This document shows, piece by piece, positions 1-7,927 of a stretch of DNA of 64,000 nucleotides. The notes below the pieces were generated by a model that saw only the letters and a program-made list of their open reading frames with translations, searched no databases and was not told the origin of the DNA. Position 1 is the stretch's first letter; every line of letters begins with the position of its first letter. The position numbers and the translations under genes were made by a program. Source of the DNA: an uncultured Candidatus Saccharibacteria bacterium (GTDB lineage Bacteria > Patescibacteriota > Saccharimonadia > CAILAD01 > BJGX01); contig CAZSVP010000002.1 of the NCBI GenBank assembly GCA_964610335.1, positions 14,376-78,375 of the forward strand. Direction: 5' to 3'.

Positions 1-1290
1 CAACACCACCGACATAAACGTTTGTAGCATGTGCTTGCGATCGAGATCGCGTAGATCCACACCATCGAGCGTTACACGCCCAATCGTGGGATCAAAAGCA
101 CGGCACAACATTTTGGCCAGAGTGGACTTACCACCACCGGATGGTCCGACGATAGCCACAAAGGAGCCTGCAGTGATCTTGGCGCTGATCTCGACCAAGG
201 CTGGATCGGTGCACCCTGGATATGTGAATCCGACCCCGTCGATGCAGATCTCGCCTCGTACTTCGCTCTGGTCGAGCTGGATACCTGGTGAGGCATCGAT
301 CTCCGACTTGGTTTCGAACAGCTCGATCAGGTCGTTGAGGCCCTCGATTCCCTCTTGAGCCTCGCGCTGGAAATCGGCATAGCGGTACATGTGAGCGTAC
401 AGCTTAGCCATCCAAGCATTCAACAAGGCGACGTCACCGATGGTAACACTACCGTCGCTATAGGCTTTGAGGGTAATGAGCCACATGCAGAGCAATGACA
501 GATTGAGCACGTTGTTCTGGACTATCCAGTGCCAAATCCTGGCCTTGCGTCGGTCGTCTTCTTGGTCGGCAAAGCCATCAATCATAGCTTGATAGCTGCC
601 CGATCGTGGCTGCTCCAGGCCTTCGTTCTTGATGGTCTCCCAGTCCTTGATCTGCTGACTGCCTTCCTTTTCTGATGCCTTCCACTGCTCATGGGAGGCG
701 CGGCGAACCTTGGCAAAGCGCTTCTCGAAGTGCCGGGTGACCACACAGTAGACCGTAATGGTCACCACCGACAACACTGTATAGCGCCAGTTGATGAGCA
801 AAAGCCCGGTCACGATGAAGCTGATCATCATACACATCGGCACGAAGTGATAAGCCACCGTGTCGATCAGACGATCCACCTTCCAGATAGCTTTGCTCAG
901 CACCGACTCTTTTTCACCAGTGCCGTGCTCGATCTGATAGGCTGGGTCCAAGTTGATCTGATGCTCATGCCCAGCCCCCAAGATATAGACAAGATTGTGC
1001 CAGACCGATGAGATCTGGAAGTACTCGGCTACCTCGGTTACTAGGGTGTGAGCCAAACGCAGGCCAATCATACCCGCCACGAAGACCAGCAAGCTGGTAG
1101 CTGGCTCGTTAGCCAACATACCGTCAAACAGGCCCCGCAGCGGGAAGGGCTCGGCCACGCTAAGAAGCTCACTCAACAACAGCAGGCTGATTGCCAGCAC
1201 GATGTGCCGGCGCAGCTTGCGGTACTTCTGAGCTACCTCAGGCTTGCTCAAGAGCAAGCGATATAGCTTGATCATGGGTTTGATTCCCAT
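1..1290 (-). CDS. ABC exporter, fused TMD-NBD (MsbA/ABCB-like); runs off the window start
   Basis: Not in the ORF track; read manually. ATG at 1290 with SD AGGGAGG; hydrophobic TM domain, then Walker A GPSGGGKST and 'GRVTLDGVDLRDL'. Confidence 0.9.
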   Translation of the reverse strand, partial: MGIKPMIKLYRLLLSKPEVAQKYRKLRRHIVLAISLLLLSELLSVAEPFPLRGLFDGMLANEPATSLLVFVAGMIGLRLAHTLVTEVAEYFQISSVWHNLVYILGAGHEHQINLDPAYQIEHGTGEKESVLSKAIWKVDRLIDTVAYHFVPMCMMISFIVTGLLLINWRYTVLSVVTITVYCVVTRHFEKRFAKVRRASHEQWKASEKEGSQQIKDWETIKNEGLEQPRSGSYQAMIDGFADQEDDRRKARIWHWIVQNNVLNLSLLCMWLITLKAYSDGSVTIGDVALLNAWMAKLYAHMYRYADFQREAQEGIEGLNDLIELFETKSEIDASPGIQLDQSEVRGEICIDGVGFTYPGCTDPALVEISAKITAGSFVAIVGPSGGGKSTLAKMLCRAFDPTIGRVTLDGVDLRDLDRKHMLQTFMSVVL

Positions 1291-1366
1291 GTTCCTCCCT
1301 TGGTTGTAGGTATTTCTCTGTGAAAGATCGTGATGTGGTTGCTTTCTGTCAGGCTACTCGCCCAAC

Positions 1367-1393
1367 AAAAAACCCGGGAGATCTGCTCCCGGG
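1367..1393 (-). terminator. Intrinsic terminator (attenuator) in the ABC exporter leader
   Basis: mRNA CCCGGGAG-cagau-CUCCCGGG followed by UUUUUU, between the promoter and the gene. Confidence 0.8.
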
Positions 1394-1417
1394 AGGTTGA
1401 CTACGAATAATCGCTAG

Positions 1418-1522
1418 TTATTGGTCAAAATAATTAATTCCGGAAGCATAGTGTACACAAAACTCGCCAACAGCAAGTGCTGGTGTGACACGAAATTTGA
1501 ATTTGTTACTATTATTTGACAT
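1418..1522 (-). CDS. Putative 34-aa leader peptide MSNNSNKFKFRVTPALAVGEFCVHYASGINYFDQ
   Basis: ATG 11 nt after the -10 box; ends 24 nt before the terminator and contains a 9-nt antiterminator arm. Confidence 0.55.
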   Translation of the reverse strand: MSNNSNKFKFRVTPALAVGEFCVHYASGINYFDQ

Positions 1523-1532
1523 AGTGCTAATC

Positions 1533-1561
1533 AATATACGCGTAAGCATAAGCTATGTCAA
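1533..1561 (-). promoter_or_regulatory. Sigma70-type promoter
   Basis: TTGACA-17 nt-TATATT. Confidence 0.75.
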
Positions 1562-1810
1562 CACATTCTTGCAAACTTTTTTGTAAATTTGTAATAATTT
1601 GCCGACAAACTAAAAACAATAACTCAATCAGAAAGGTCCTACATGTGTTTGTGATGCGATAACTCGCTAAGTGTTGGCAGCACGCTCATATGTCGTACTC
1701 GCCAATGAAAAACTAGTAGTCGGACCCTTGTGACTGGGTTCTAGTGATAGTATTTAACTGCCATGCTCAAATAAGTTCGCGGAGTTCACTTGAAACATAG
1801 TGGTAACAGG

Positions 1811-1839
1811 AGTATAGCACAGTTTTAGCACTTTGTCAA
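1811..1839 (-). promoter_or_regulatory. Sigma70-type promoter with no large ORF directly downstream
   Basis: TTGACA-17 nt-TATACT. Confidence 0.75.
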
Positions 1840-1866
1840 TAGTCTCTACAGATTAACTGGTGATTA

Positions 1867-3087
1867 TTATCCTATTTCCAGATATGTCTTCATATAATCA
1901 GCTGTCATAGTAGGTAGTAAGAACTTGCGACGTACAAGCTCGCGTGCCTGCATGCGTATCTGCAAGTAATCGTCTGGGCGACGTAGCACATTGACCATCT
2001 TCTCGGCACTTTCAAAAGCGTTTTCTTCTAGGTAAAATCCAGTACGGCCATCGACTACCTGTAGAGCTATACCACCAACAGGGCGGCTAAATACAAACTG
2101 TTTCTTCCATAATGCCTCAGTCACAGTTAGCCCAAAACCCTCACGATGTGAGTTTTGAACAATTGCACCGGCACCAGCCTGTAAAGCATTGATGCTGGTA
2201 TCATCCGCCTCAGTAATAAGCTGAATATGTTCATCAACCAATGCAACCTTACGCTTCACCTTGTCGTAGTATTCTCGTCCTTCAGGATCATCGCTAGCCA
2301 TGTTACCTACTAGCAAGAGCCTATACTGTGGCATAAAGGCCACCAAATCTCGATATATATCAACTACACCAAGTGGGTCCTTGAATCTATCGAAGCGACT
2401 AACCTGTAGTATATATGGATACCGTTCATCAAGCTCAAATTGGGCAAGCTGTTTCTTGATTTGTTCAGGATTCAATGGCTTGTTCTTGTCGCTCAATGGG
2501 TCAATACTAGGGTGTACTATTGCTACTTTATTGTGGTCCAATCCATGAGCATAGTTTTCAAGACTAAATATTACCTTTTGAAAGTATTTGTAATAGCCTT
2601 TGAGCCAATTTAAGCCGCCAGGATTCGCCTCAGTAAGATCAATGTGGCAACGCCAAATTAATCGATCTGGTGGTAAATATGCTGCCAGACCAAGTGTCTG
2701 AGGATCGTGCAGAACATATATATCACCATCGCGTGGTATGTCGCGCGCGGCTTCAGCAAGATAATCGCTATATTGTTTGAGTAACGATTTGTCTGGTAAT
2801 TCACTATGGCCTTGCAAGCAGTTATGTAGTGTCTTGGTGGTATGGAAAAACGCTTCATTGGGTGGTAACACGTGCCACTCAGCCTGCAACCCCATGCCTT
2901 GCAATAGGGCGATTTTGCCACGCAAAAGCTCCGCTACTCCACCACCATAAGAAGTGGCGTTTATCTCAACTATCTTCTTGCCCCTCAAGCTATGAGCCAA
3001 CTGTGCAAGTTCCAGCTGCTGAGATTCATCGATGTACCGTGTGTAGTCATCTATCGTACGTTTATCTAGGTTAGTAACTTGTGACAT
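1867..3087 (-). CDS. treT: GT4 glycosyltransferase, trehalose synthase TreT-like
   Basis: NATSYGGGVAELL, HDPQ, WRCHID, VSRFDRFKDP and REGFGLTVTEA motifs typical of the TreT family. Confidence 0.8.
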   Translation of the reverse strand: MSQVTNLDKRTIDDYTRYIDESQQLELAQLAHSLRGKKIVEINATSYGGGVAELLRGKIALLQGMGLQAEWHVLPPNEAFFHTTKTLHNCLQGHSELPDKSLLKQYSDYLAEAARDIPRDGDIYVLHDPQTLGLAAYLPPDRLIWRCHIDLTEANPGGLNWLKGYYKYFQKVIFSLENYAHGLDHNKVAIVHPSIDPLSDKNKPLNPEQIKKQLAQFELDERYPYILQVSRFDRFKDPLGVVDIYRDLVAFMPQYRLLLVGNMASDDPEGREYYDKVKRKVALVDEHIQLITEADDTSINALQAGAGAIVQNSHREGFGLTVTEALWKKQFVFSRPVGGIALQVVDGRTGFYLEENAFESAEKMVNVLRRPDDYLQIRMQARELVRRKFLLPTMTADYMKTYLEIG

Positions 3088-3114
3088 ATAGTACTTATGC
3101 TACCATATTTTGGC

Positions 3115-3143
3115 TTGAAAGTGCTGGTGATCTAAGCTATACT
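3115..3143 (+). promoter_or_regulatory. Sigma70-type promoter of the small-protein operon
   Basis: TTGAAA-17 nt-TATACT. Confidence 0.7.
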
Positions 3144-3190
3144 TGCCCGGATCGATCTGATCAACGTACCTCGACCCATCGGAGGCACTC

Positions 3191-3439
3191 ATGCCACATA
3201 GCTCTACAGCTACACTGGATTGGGACGTTACCAATCCTGCTCGCCATGTCCTGTGGAAGGACGGCAAGTTGCAAGCCGAAGTCTGGCAACGAACTGTCAA
3301 CAACTTGCCAACCAGCTTCTGGCATGGCCGGATCTACTTCGCGGGTGGCAACCTCACGCTCACGGCCAACGAGAATGTCAACCGCGAAGAAGCCAAAGCA
3401 CGAGTCCACGCCGCGCTCGCTGGGCGCGGCCTGATATAG
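3191..3439 (+). CDS. Hypothetical protein (82 aa)
   Basis: GGAGG SD; first gene after the promoter. Confidence 0.7.
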   Translation: MPHSSTATLDWDVTNPARHVLWKDGKLQAEVWQRTVNNLPTSFWHGRIYFAGGNLTLTANENVNREEAKARVHAALAGRGLI

Positions 3440-3452
3440 GAGGCGGTCAATC

Positions 3453-3668
3453 ATGGCCAAGATGAAAACGTGCCCCAACTGTGGCGGATCCAAGAGTGTG
3501 TCACTACCTGGTGGCGGTAGTGCGGCTTGTAGCACCTGCAAGATCAACGGCCGGTCAACAGGACAAGTGCCCGAAGACGAGGCCAAGGCCTACAAGTCAG
3601 GTGGCAGCACACGCGCCAGCCGGCAGGCAGCCGCCAAAGCTGCCAAGCGCAAAAAGGGTCGGTGGTAA
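3453..3668 (+). CDS. Small basic Zn-finger-like protein (CxxC...CxxC)
   Basis: AGGAGG SD; CPNCGG and CSTC motifs; K/R-rich tail. Confidence 0.7.
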   Translation: MAKMKTCPNCGGSKSVSLPGGGSAACSTCKINGRSTGQVPEDEAKAYKSGGSTRASRQAAAKAAKRKKGRW

Positions 3669-3670
3669 CC

Positions 3671-3871
3671 ATGGTTCTACTGTGGGAAGAACCACCGTAC
3701 ACAGGTGAGCCATGTTCTACCTGTGGCGGCCCGCATTCACACTGCCGAAGTGAGATCGATGGCCAACCCAACCCTCACCTGCCCACCTGTCCCTACCGAC
3801 CCTGGGCCGGAGCGCCGTACCTCGACGATCACTTCGTACCGCCAGCCTGTAACTGTCGTGACCGTCGCTAG
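3671..3871 (+). CDS. Small Cys/His/Pro-rich hypothetical protein
   Basis: Starts 2 nt after the previous stop; CSTCGGPHSHC...HLPTCP...CNC; followed by a hairpin. Confidence 0.55.
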   Translation: MVLLWEEPPYTGEPCSTCGGPHSHCRSEIDGQPNPHLPTCPYRPWAGAPYLDDHFVPPACNCRDRR

Positions 3872-3888
3872 TGCTGGAGACAGTCAAC

Positions 3889-3930
3889 CCGGGCTCTTCA
3901 TCTATCAAAGGTGAGGAGCTCGGCTTTGTT
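3889..3930 (+). terminator. Terminator of the small-protein operon
   Basis: 15-bp stem 3889-3903/3909-3923 with three G-U pairs on the + strand, then CTTTGTT. Confidence 0.7.
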
Positions 3931-3951
3931 ATAATCATAAACTCAAATATA

Positions 3952-3980
3952 TTGACAAGTTCTTATGCTTGTTGTAGAAT
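3952..3980 (+). promoter_or_regulatory. Sigma70-type promoter
   Basis: TTGACA-17 nt-TAGAAT. Confidence 0.75.
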
Positions 3981-3990
3981 CGTAAATTGT

Positions 3991-4092
3991 ATGAATCAAT
4001 ATAGCCTAACAACCATGAATATAGCTGACCAATCCTTTGTCACAGACAAAGGCCAGCTTGTGATTGCTTTTAGGCTCACTATTGATTTTTGA
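3991..4092 (+). CDS. Putative 33-aa leader peptide MNQYSLTTMNIADQSFVTDKGQLVIAFRLTIDF
   Basis: ATG 11 nt after the -10 box; contains AGGCTCACT, complementary to the terminator 5' flank. Confidence 0.55.
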   Translation: MNQYSLTTMNIADQSFVTDKGQLVIAFRLTIDF

Positions 4093-4127
4093 TGATCTCC
4101 ACCAAGTTTATTTGAATGTCACAGTGA

Positions 4128-4150
4128 GCCTCCGAAACGGAGGCGTTTTT
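4128..4150 (+). terminator. Intrinsic terminator (attenuator) in the GNAT leader
   Basis: GCCTCCG-aaa-CGGAGGC-GTTTTT. Confidence 0.8.
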
Positions 4151-4267
4151 GATTCAAACGAACTTAACCAAGGTTACAATATCCAATTCGGAGGCTTATT
4201 GGGCCACTCAAAGAAGCCCCTAGGTTTTGCATGCGGCAAAATTTAGCAACCTACAGGAGGATAGCCC

Positions 4268-4933
4268 ATGTTTGGGTTTCCGATGCGCATCACTCTCGAC
4301 GACGGTCGCATGATACTAATGCGCCCAATTGTTGAAGACGAGATGCCAGCAGTTGCAGAACAGATCTCACGCTATGAGATCTGTCGACACATCAGCTTAC
4401 GAGGCTCACAAAGCCCTGAGCAGGAGCTGGCTTGGCTCAAGAGCACCCAAGAACGCGACGATGCCTTCAACTGGGGTATTGCCCTGCCCGAGAGCAAAGA
4501 CGACACTCATGGTCGACTGATCGGCAACAGCGGCGTGTTCGATATCAGCTGCAATCGTGGCGAGAGTGGCGTGGTGTTGTGGGACAGCTCTGTCTGGGGC
4601 ACTGGCATAGCCAGCGCCATCCATCGAGCTCGCTGCCACTATGCTGTCAACGTTCATCACTTGGTAGCAATCGACAGTGGTGCCGACCAGGCTAACCACG
4701 GTAGCCGTAAGGCGCTGGAGCGCGTTGGTTACACCAAGGTGGGAGTTAGCTACAATCGAGGCTACGTCGACGGTGAGATCTGTCACCTAGACAAGCTGCT
4801 TTGGGTCAACCCCACTTCGCATGTCTGGAACTACTTCTGGGGAGGAGAACCTGCGCCCAAGAAGTTCCAGACAGCTCGCAAGCGAGCGATCGCTGCGCTT
4901 GATTGGGCAGCAGAGCGCATCGAGTACCTGTAG
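4268..4933 (+). CDS. GNAT N-acetyltransferase, RimJ/RimL-like
   Basis: AGGAGG SD; VWGTGIAS acetyl-CoA loop; N.GSRKALERVGY motif. Confidence 0.85.
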   Translation: MFGFPMRITLDDGRMILMRPIVEDEMPAVAEQISRYEICRHISLRGSQSPEQELAWLKSTQERDDAFNWGIALPESKDDTHGRLIGNSGVFDISCNRGESGVVLWDSSVWGTGIASAIHRARCHYAVNVHHLVAIDSGADQANHGSRKALERVGYTKVGVSYNRGYVDGEICHLDKLLWVNPTSHVWNYFWGGEPAPKKFQTARKRAIAALDWAAERIEYL

Positions 4934-4939
4934 GGATAT

Positions 4940-4968
4940 GGGTAGTGTGCGAACGCGGCACACTACCC
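4940..4968. terminator. Hairpin between convergent GNAT and cysS
   Basis: 11-bp stem GGGTAGTGTGC/GCACACTACCC. Confidence 0.6.
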
Positions 4969-4980
4969 TACACCCTCCAA

Positions 4981-6378
4981 CTATTTGGCAGCTCGCCAAT
5001 AAAGTGTCTGGCTACCAATATCTTCTGTTTCTATACCTACCAGCATTAATTTATTACGGATGCTGTCGGCAGTACCATAATCCTTGTTTTCACGTGCCTT
5101 GTGGCGCTGTTCAAACAAATGTCTCTCATCTGCCGTAAAACTAACTTGTTTTTGCACCAAGTCGATACCAAATACCTGATCGGCCCAAGCGATAGCTTCT
5201 ACGGCGCCGGCCAACAACGGCACCGATTCTAGCTTGCTAAGAGCAGCCAGTGCTTGTGGAGAGCCAAAGTCATCGCGCAATGCTTGTGTGACTTGCAGTT
5301 TAAACTCTTCAACTACTAGTGCATCATGCTTTTGGGGAATGCCAAGCTGTTCAGCAGCTTGATTGCGAGCAACATAGTTACGCAAAGAATTCAATCTATT
5401 CTGGGCAGCAGCTAAATTATCCCAACTAAACTGTGCCTCTGTGCGGTAGTGTGACTCAAGTGCAAGTAGTCGGAACGCTAACAAATCAATCTTGCGCTCT
5501 TCTATGTTTTCTAGTGTGAAGAAGTTGCCAGCCGACTTAGCCATTTTCTTACCATCAACTAGTATAAAGTTGCTATGTAGCCAATAGTTTGCCAAAGGTT
5601 TGCCGGTAGCAGCTTCACTCTGCGCTATTTCATCATTGTGGTGAACAGCAATATGATCAATACCACCAGCGTGGATATCTAAGGTATCACCTAAGTACTT
5701 CATACTCATAGCGCTACACTCGAGATGCCAACCTGGGAACCCCTTGCCCCATGGGCTATCCCACTCCATGTCACGCTGTGAGTCTTGGGGGCTAAATTTC
5801 CAGAGTGCAAAATCTGTGTGACTACGCTTCTGTGGGTTGGCTTCCACCCTAGCTCCAGCTTTCAAGCCCTCAATGTCAATGTTACCGAGCTTGCCGTAGC
5901 CTTCAAATTTACTGGTATCAAAATATACTCCATCATCGATCACATAGGTAAACCCTTTAGACTCCAACTCCTCTACTAGTTTGATCTGCTCAGGAATATG
6001 GGCAGTAGCTCGAGGTAAGTGTTGAGGCTGTGAAATATTGAGCCTATCAAAGCCTGCCTCAAAGTAGTCGGTGTACTTCTGGGCAATCTCCCAGGCGGTA
6101 GCGCTCTCACGTTTGGCCCCTTTCTCAAGCTTGTCCTCGCCTGCATCCGCGTCAGAGGTGAGATGCCCTACATCGGTGATGTTCATAACCCACTCTACAT
6201 CATAGTCATTTGCTTTGAGCACACGATTGAAAAGGTCGTAGCGGATAAACGTAAACCAATTACCAATGTGGGGAAAGTCGTACACCGTCGGCCCGCAGCT
6301 ATAAAATGTAACTTTTGGAGGATTGATAGGTACAAAATCTTCTTTTTGGTGTGTAAGCGTATTGTATAGTTTTAACAT
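4981..6378 (-). CDS. cysS: Cysteine--tRNA ligase
   Basis: [21 protein letters not shown] and KMAKS motifs. Confidence 0.97.
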   Translation of the reverse strand: MLKLYNTLTHQKEDFVPINPPKVTFYSCGPTVYDFPHIGNWFTFIRYDLFNRVLKANDYDVEWVMNITDVGHLTSDADAGEDKLEKGAKRESATAWEIAQKYTDYFEAGFDRLNISQPQHLPRATAHIPEQIKLVEELESKGFTYVIDDGVYFDTSKFEGYGKLGNIDIEGLKAGARVEANPQKRSHTDFALWKFSPQDSQRDMEWDSPWGKGFPGWHLECSAMSMKYLGDTLDIHAGGIDHIAVHHNDEIAQSEAATGKPLANYWLHSNFILVDGKKMAKSAGNFFTLENIEERKIDLLAFRLLALESHYRTEAQFSWDNLAAAQNRLNSLRNYVARNQAAEQLGIPQKHDALVVEEFKLQVTQALRDDFGSPQALAALSKLESVPLLAGAVEAIAWADQVFGIDLVQKQVSFTADERHLFEQRHKARENKDYGTADSIRNKLMLVGIETEDIGSQTLYWRAAK

Positions 6379-6381
6379 TGG

Positions 6382-6927
6382 CTAGTCCTTTGCAAAATAA
6401 ACTTTTCGTAATACCTCGGCTGTGACTCGACAGTCTTCTAGAGCATCATGATTGCCACGAGGTTTTAGCCCAAAATATTTGAGTGTTGGCTCTAGTCGAA
6501 CTGTGTCACCCTGTCCATGTCGACACAAATGGGTATAAACTATTGGCCAAACATCAAGATAATGATAGTCATAAATAAAAATGTCCTTTTCTATAGTCCA
6601 CAACATTTTATTAAGAAGCCCTCTATCTAGAATTGAGTTCCAAGATGCTGTAAAAATTTCTGTACCAAACTTTTCTAAGAACTCAGTAATAACTTGTTTT
6701 TGATTTGGCGCTCCTTCTAGATCCTGCTGTGTTACGCCAGAGACTCTCAGTGCCTCCTCGCTAGCCTTGCTTAAATCGGCCTCTATATAACTCGTAAACT
6801 GATCTTTTTCCTTCAGAGACGTTTTGTCGAGTAAAACTGCACCAAGTTGTGTTGGTTCTGCAAATCTAGCATCCAAGCCCGTGCTTTCAAAATCAAGTAT
6901 TAAAATATCTTTGGCAAATCCATTCAT
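6382..6927 (-). CDS. DEDDh 3'-5' exonuclease (DnaQ-like)
   Basis: LDFESTGLD and HDALED motifs. Confidence 0.88.
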   Translation of the reverse strand: MNGFAKDILILDFESTGLDARFAEPTQLGAVLLDKTSLKEKDQFTSYIEADLSKASEEALRVSGVTQQDLEGAPNQKQVITEFLEKFGTEIFTASWNSILDRGLLNKMLWTIEKDIFIYDYHYLDVWPIVYTHLCRHGQGDTVRLEPTLKYFGLKPRGNHDALEDCRVTAEVLRKVYFAKD

Positions 6928-6983
6928 ACATTTAGTATATAGGATTTAGGTGCTTGATGTTAGCTAGCCTCAAAATTAAGGGC

Positions 6984-7583
6984 TTAGAAAGAGGTCCGGC
7001 CAGCCAACGCTCGCCCCAGTGTCAGTTGATCGGCGTACTCCAGATCCGCACCCATCGGCAAACCATGAGCTAGTTTGGTGATTTTGATATCACTACCCTC
7101 AAGTTTCTTAACAATAAAAAGCGCCGTAGTCTCACCCTCAAGGTTTGGGTTGGTAGCTATTATAAGTTCAGTTGGTGCTTCGCTCGCAATACGGCTAAGT
7201 AAACCATCTATCTCCAAGTCCTCTGGGCCCACGCCATCAATCGGGCTGATTGCGCCATGCAGTACATGATACACCCCACGAAATAACCCGGTTTTCTCAA
7301 CTGCCGCCACATCAAGCGGCTGGCTAACAACACATATCACATGTTGCTCTCGGCTTGTATCAGCACATACTGGGCAAATTGGCTCAGTAGTATAGTTACG
7401 ACAACGGTTGCAGAGCTGGATGCCTGTCTGTAAATCAGTAATTGCTCGACCCAACTCAGAATTGTCGCCCTTTTTTAGCATATAAAAAGCGAGTCGTTCG
7501 GCGCTCTTAGGGCCGATCGATGGTAGCTCGCTGAGAGCTTCTATCAGAACTTGAATATTCTTGGGTAGTACTGAGTACCCCAC
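6984..7583 (-). CDS. recR: Recombination protein RecR
   Basis: LPSIGPKSAERLA HhH, C4 zinc finger, Toprim ATNPNLEGETTA. Confidence 0.97.
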   Translation of the reverse strand: MGYSVLPKNIQVLIEALSELPSIGPKSAERLAFYMLKKGDNSELGRAITDLQTGIQLCNRCRNYTTEPICPVCADTSREQHVICVVSQPLDVAAVEKTGLFRGVYHVLHGAISPIDGVGPEDLEIDGLLSRIASEAPTELIIATNPNLEGETTALFIVKKLEGSDIKITKLAHGLPMGADLEYADQLTLGRALAGRTSF

Positions 7584-7601
7584 TCCCCCTCCTTTTCTAA
7601 T

Positions 7602-7904
7602 TTACATTCCTGGCAAGCCAAGACCACCTGCGACTTCTTGCATGCGACTAGTGGCTTCTTGCATGATCTCTTTGTTGGCTTTGTTGGCGGCCATAGCTAT
7701 CCAACGGCCCAGCTGATCAGCGTCTTCCATAGCTTCGTCACTAATGTGGATCCGTTCGATTTCCACACTCATGTTGGCTTGGCTAATACTCAAGCCAGCC
7801 TCTACCCGTACAGCACCATCACCTGCTTCAGTTTCTATCTTAAGACGTTTAAGTTCTTTTTGTAGTTTTAGGGCCTTAGCGGCCAATTTGGCTTTGTCTA
7901 GCAT
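7602..7904 (-). CDS. YbaB/EbfC nucleoid-associated protein
   Basis: Size, 'EAGDGAVRV' and GGLGLPGM C-terminus; directly upstream of recR. Confidence 0.85.
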   Translation of the reverse strand: MLDKAKLAAKALKLQKELKRLKIETEAGDGAVRVEAGLSISQANMSVEIERIHISDEAMEDADQLGRWIAMAANKANKEIMQEATSRMQEVAGGLGLPGM

Positions 7905-7927
7905 TTGATTCTCCTAATTTGGTATGG

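Noticed and set aside
29-1266. Plus-strand ORFs 29-358, 691-1011 and 1048-1266
   Set aside because: Antisense to the ABC exporter that the ORF track missed.
3161-3586. 141-aa minus-strand ORF
   Set aside because: Promoter, SD sites and terminator all support the plus-strand small genes.
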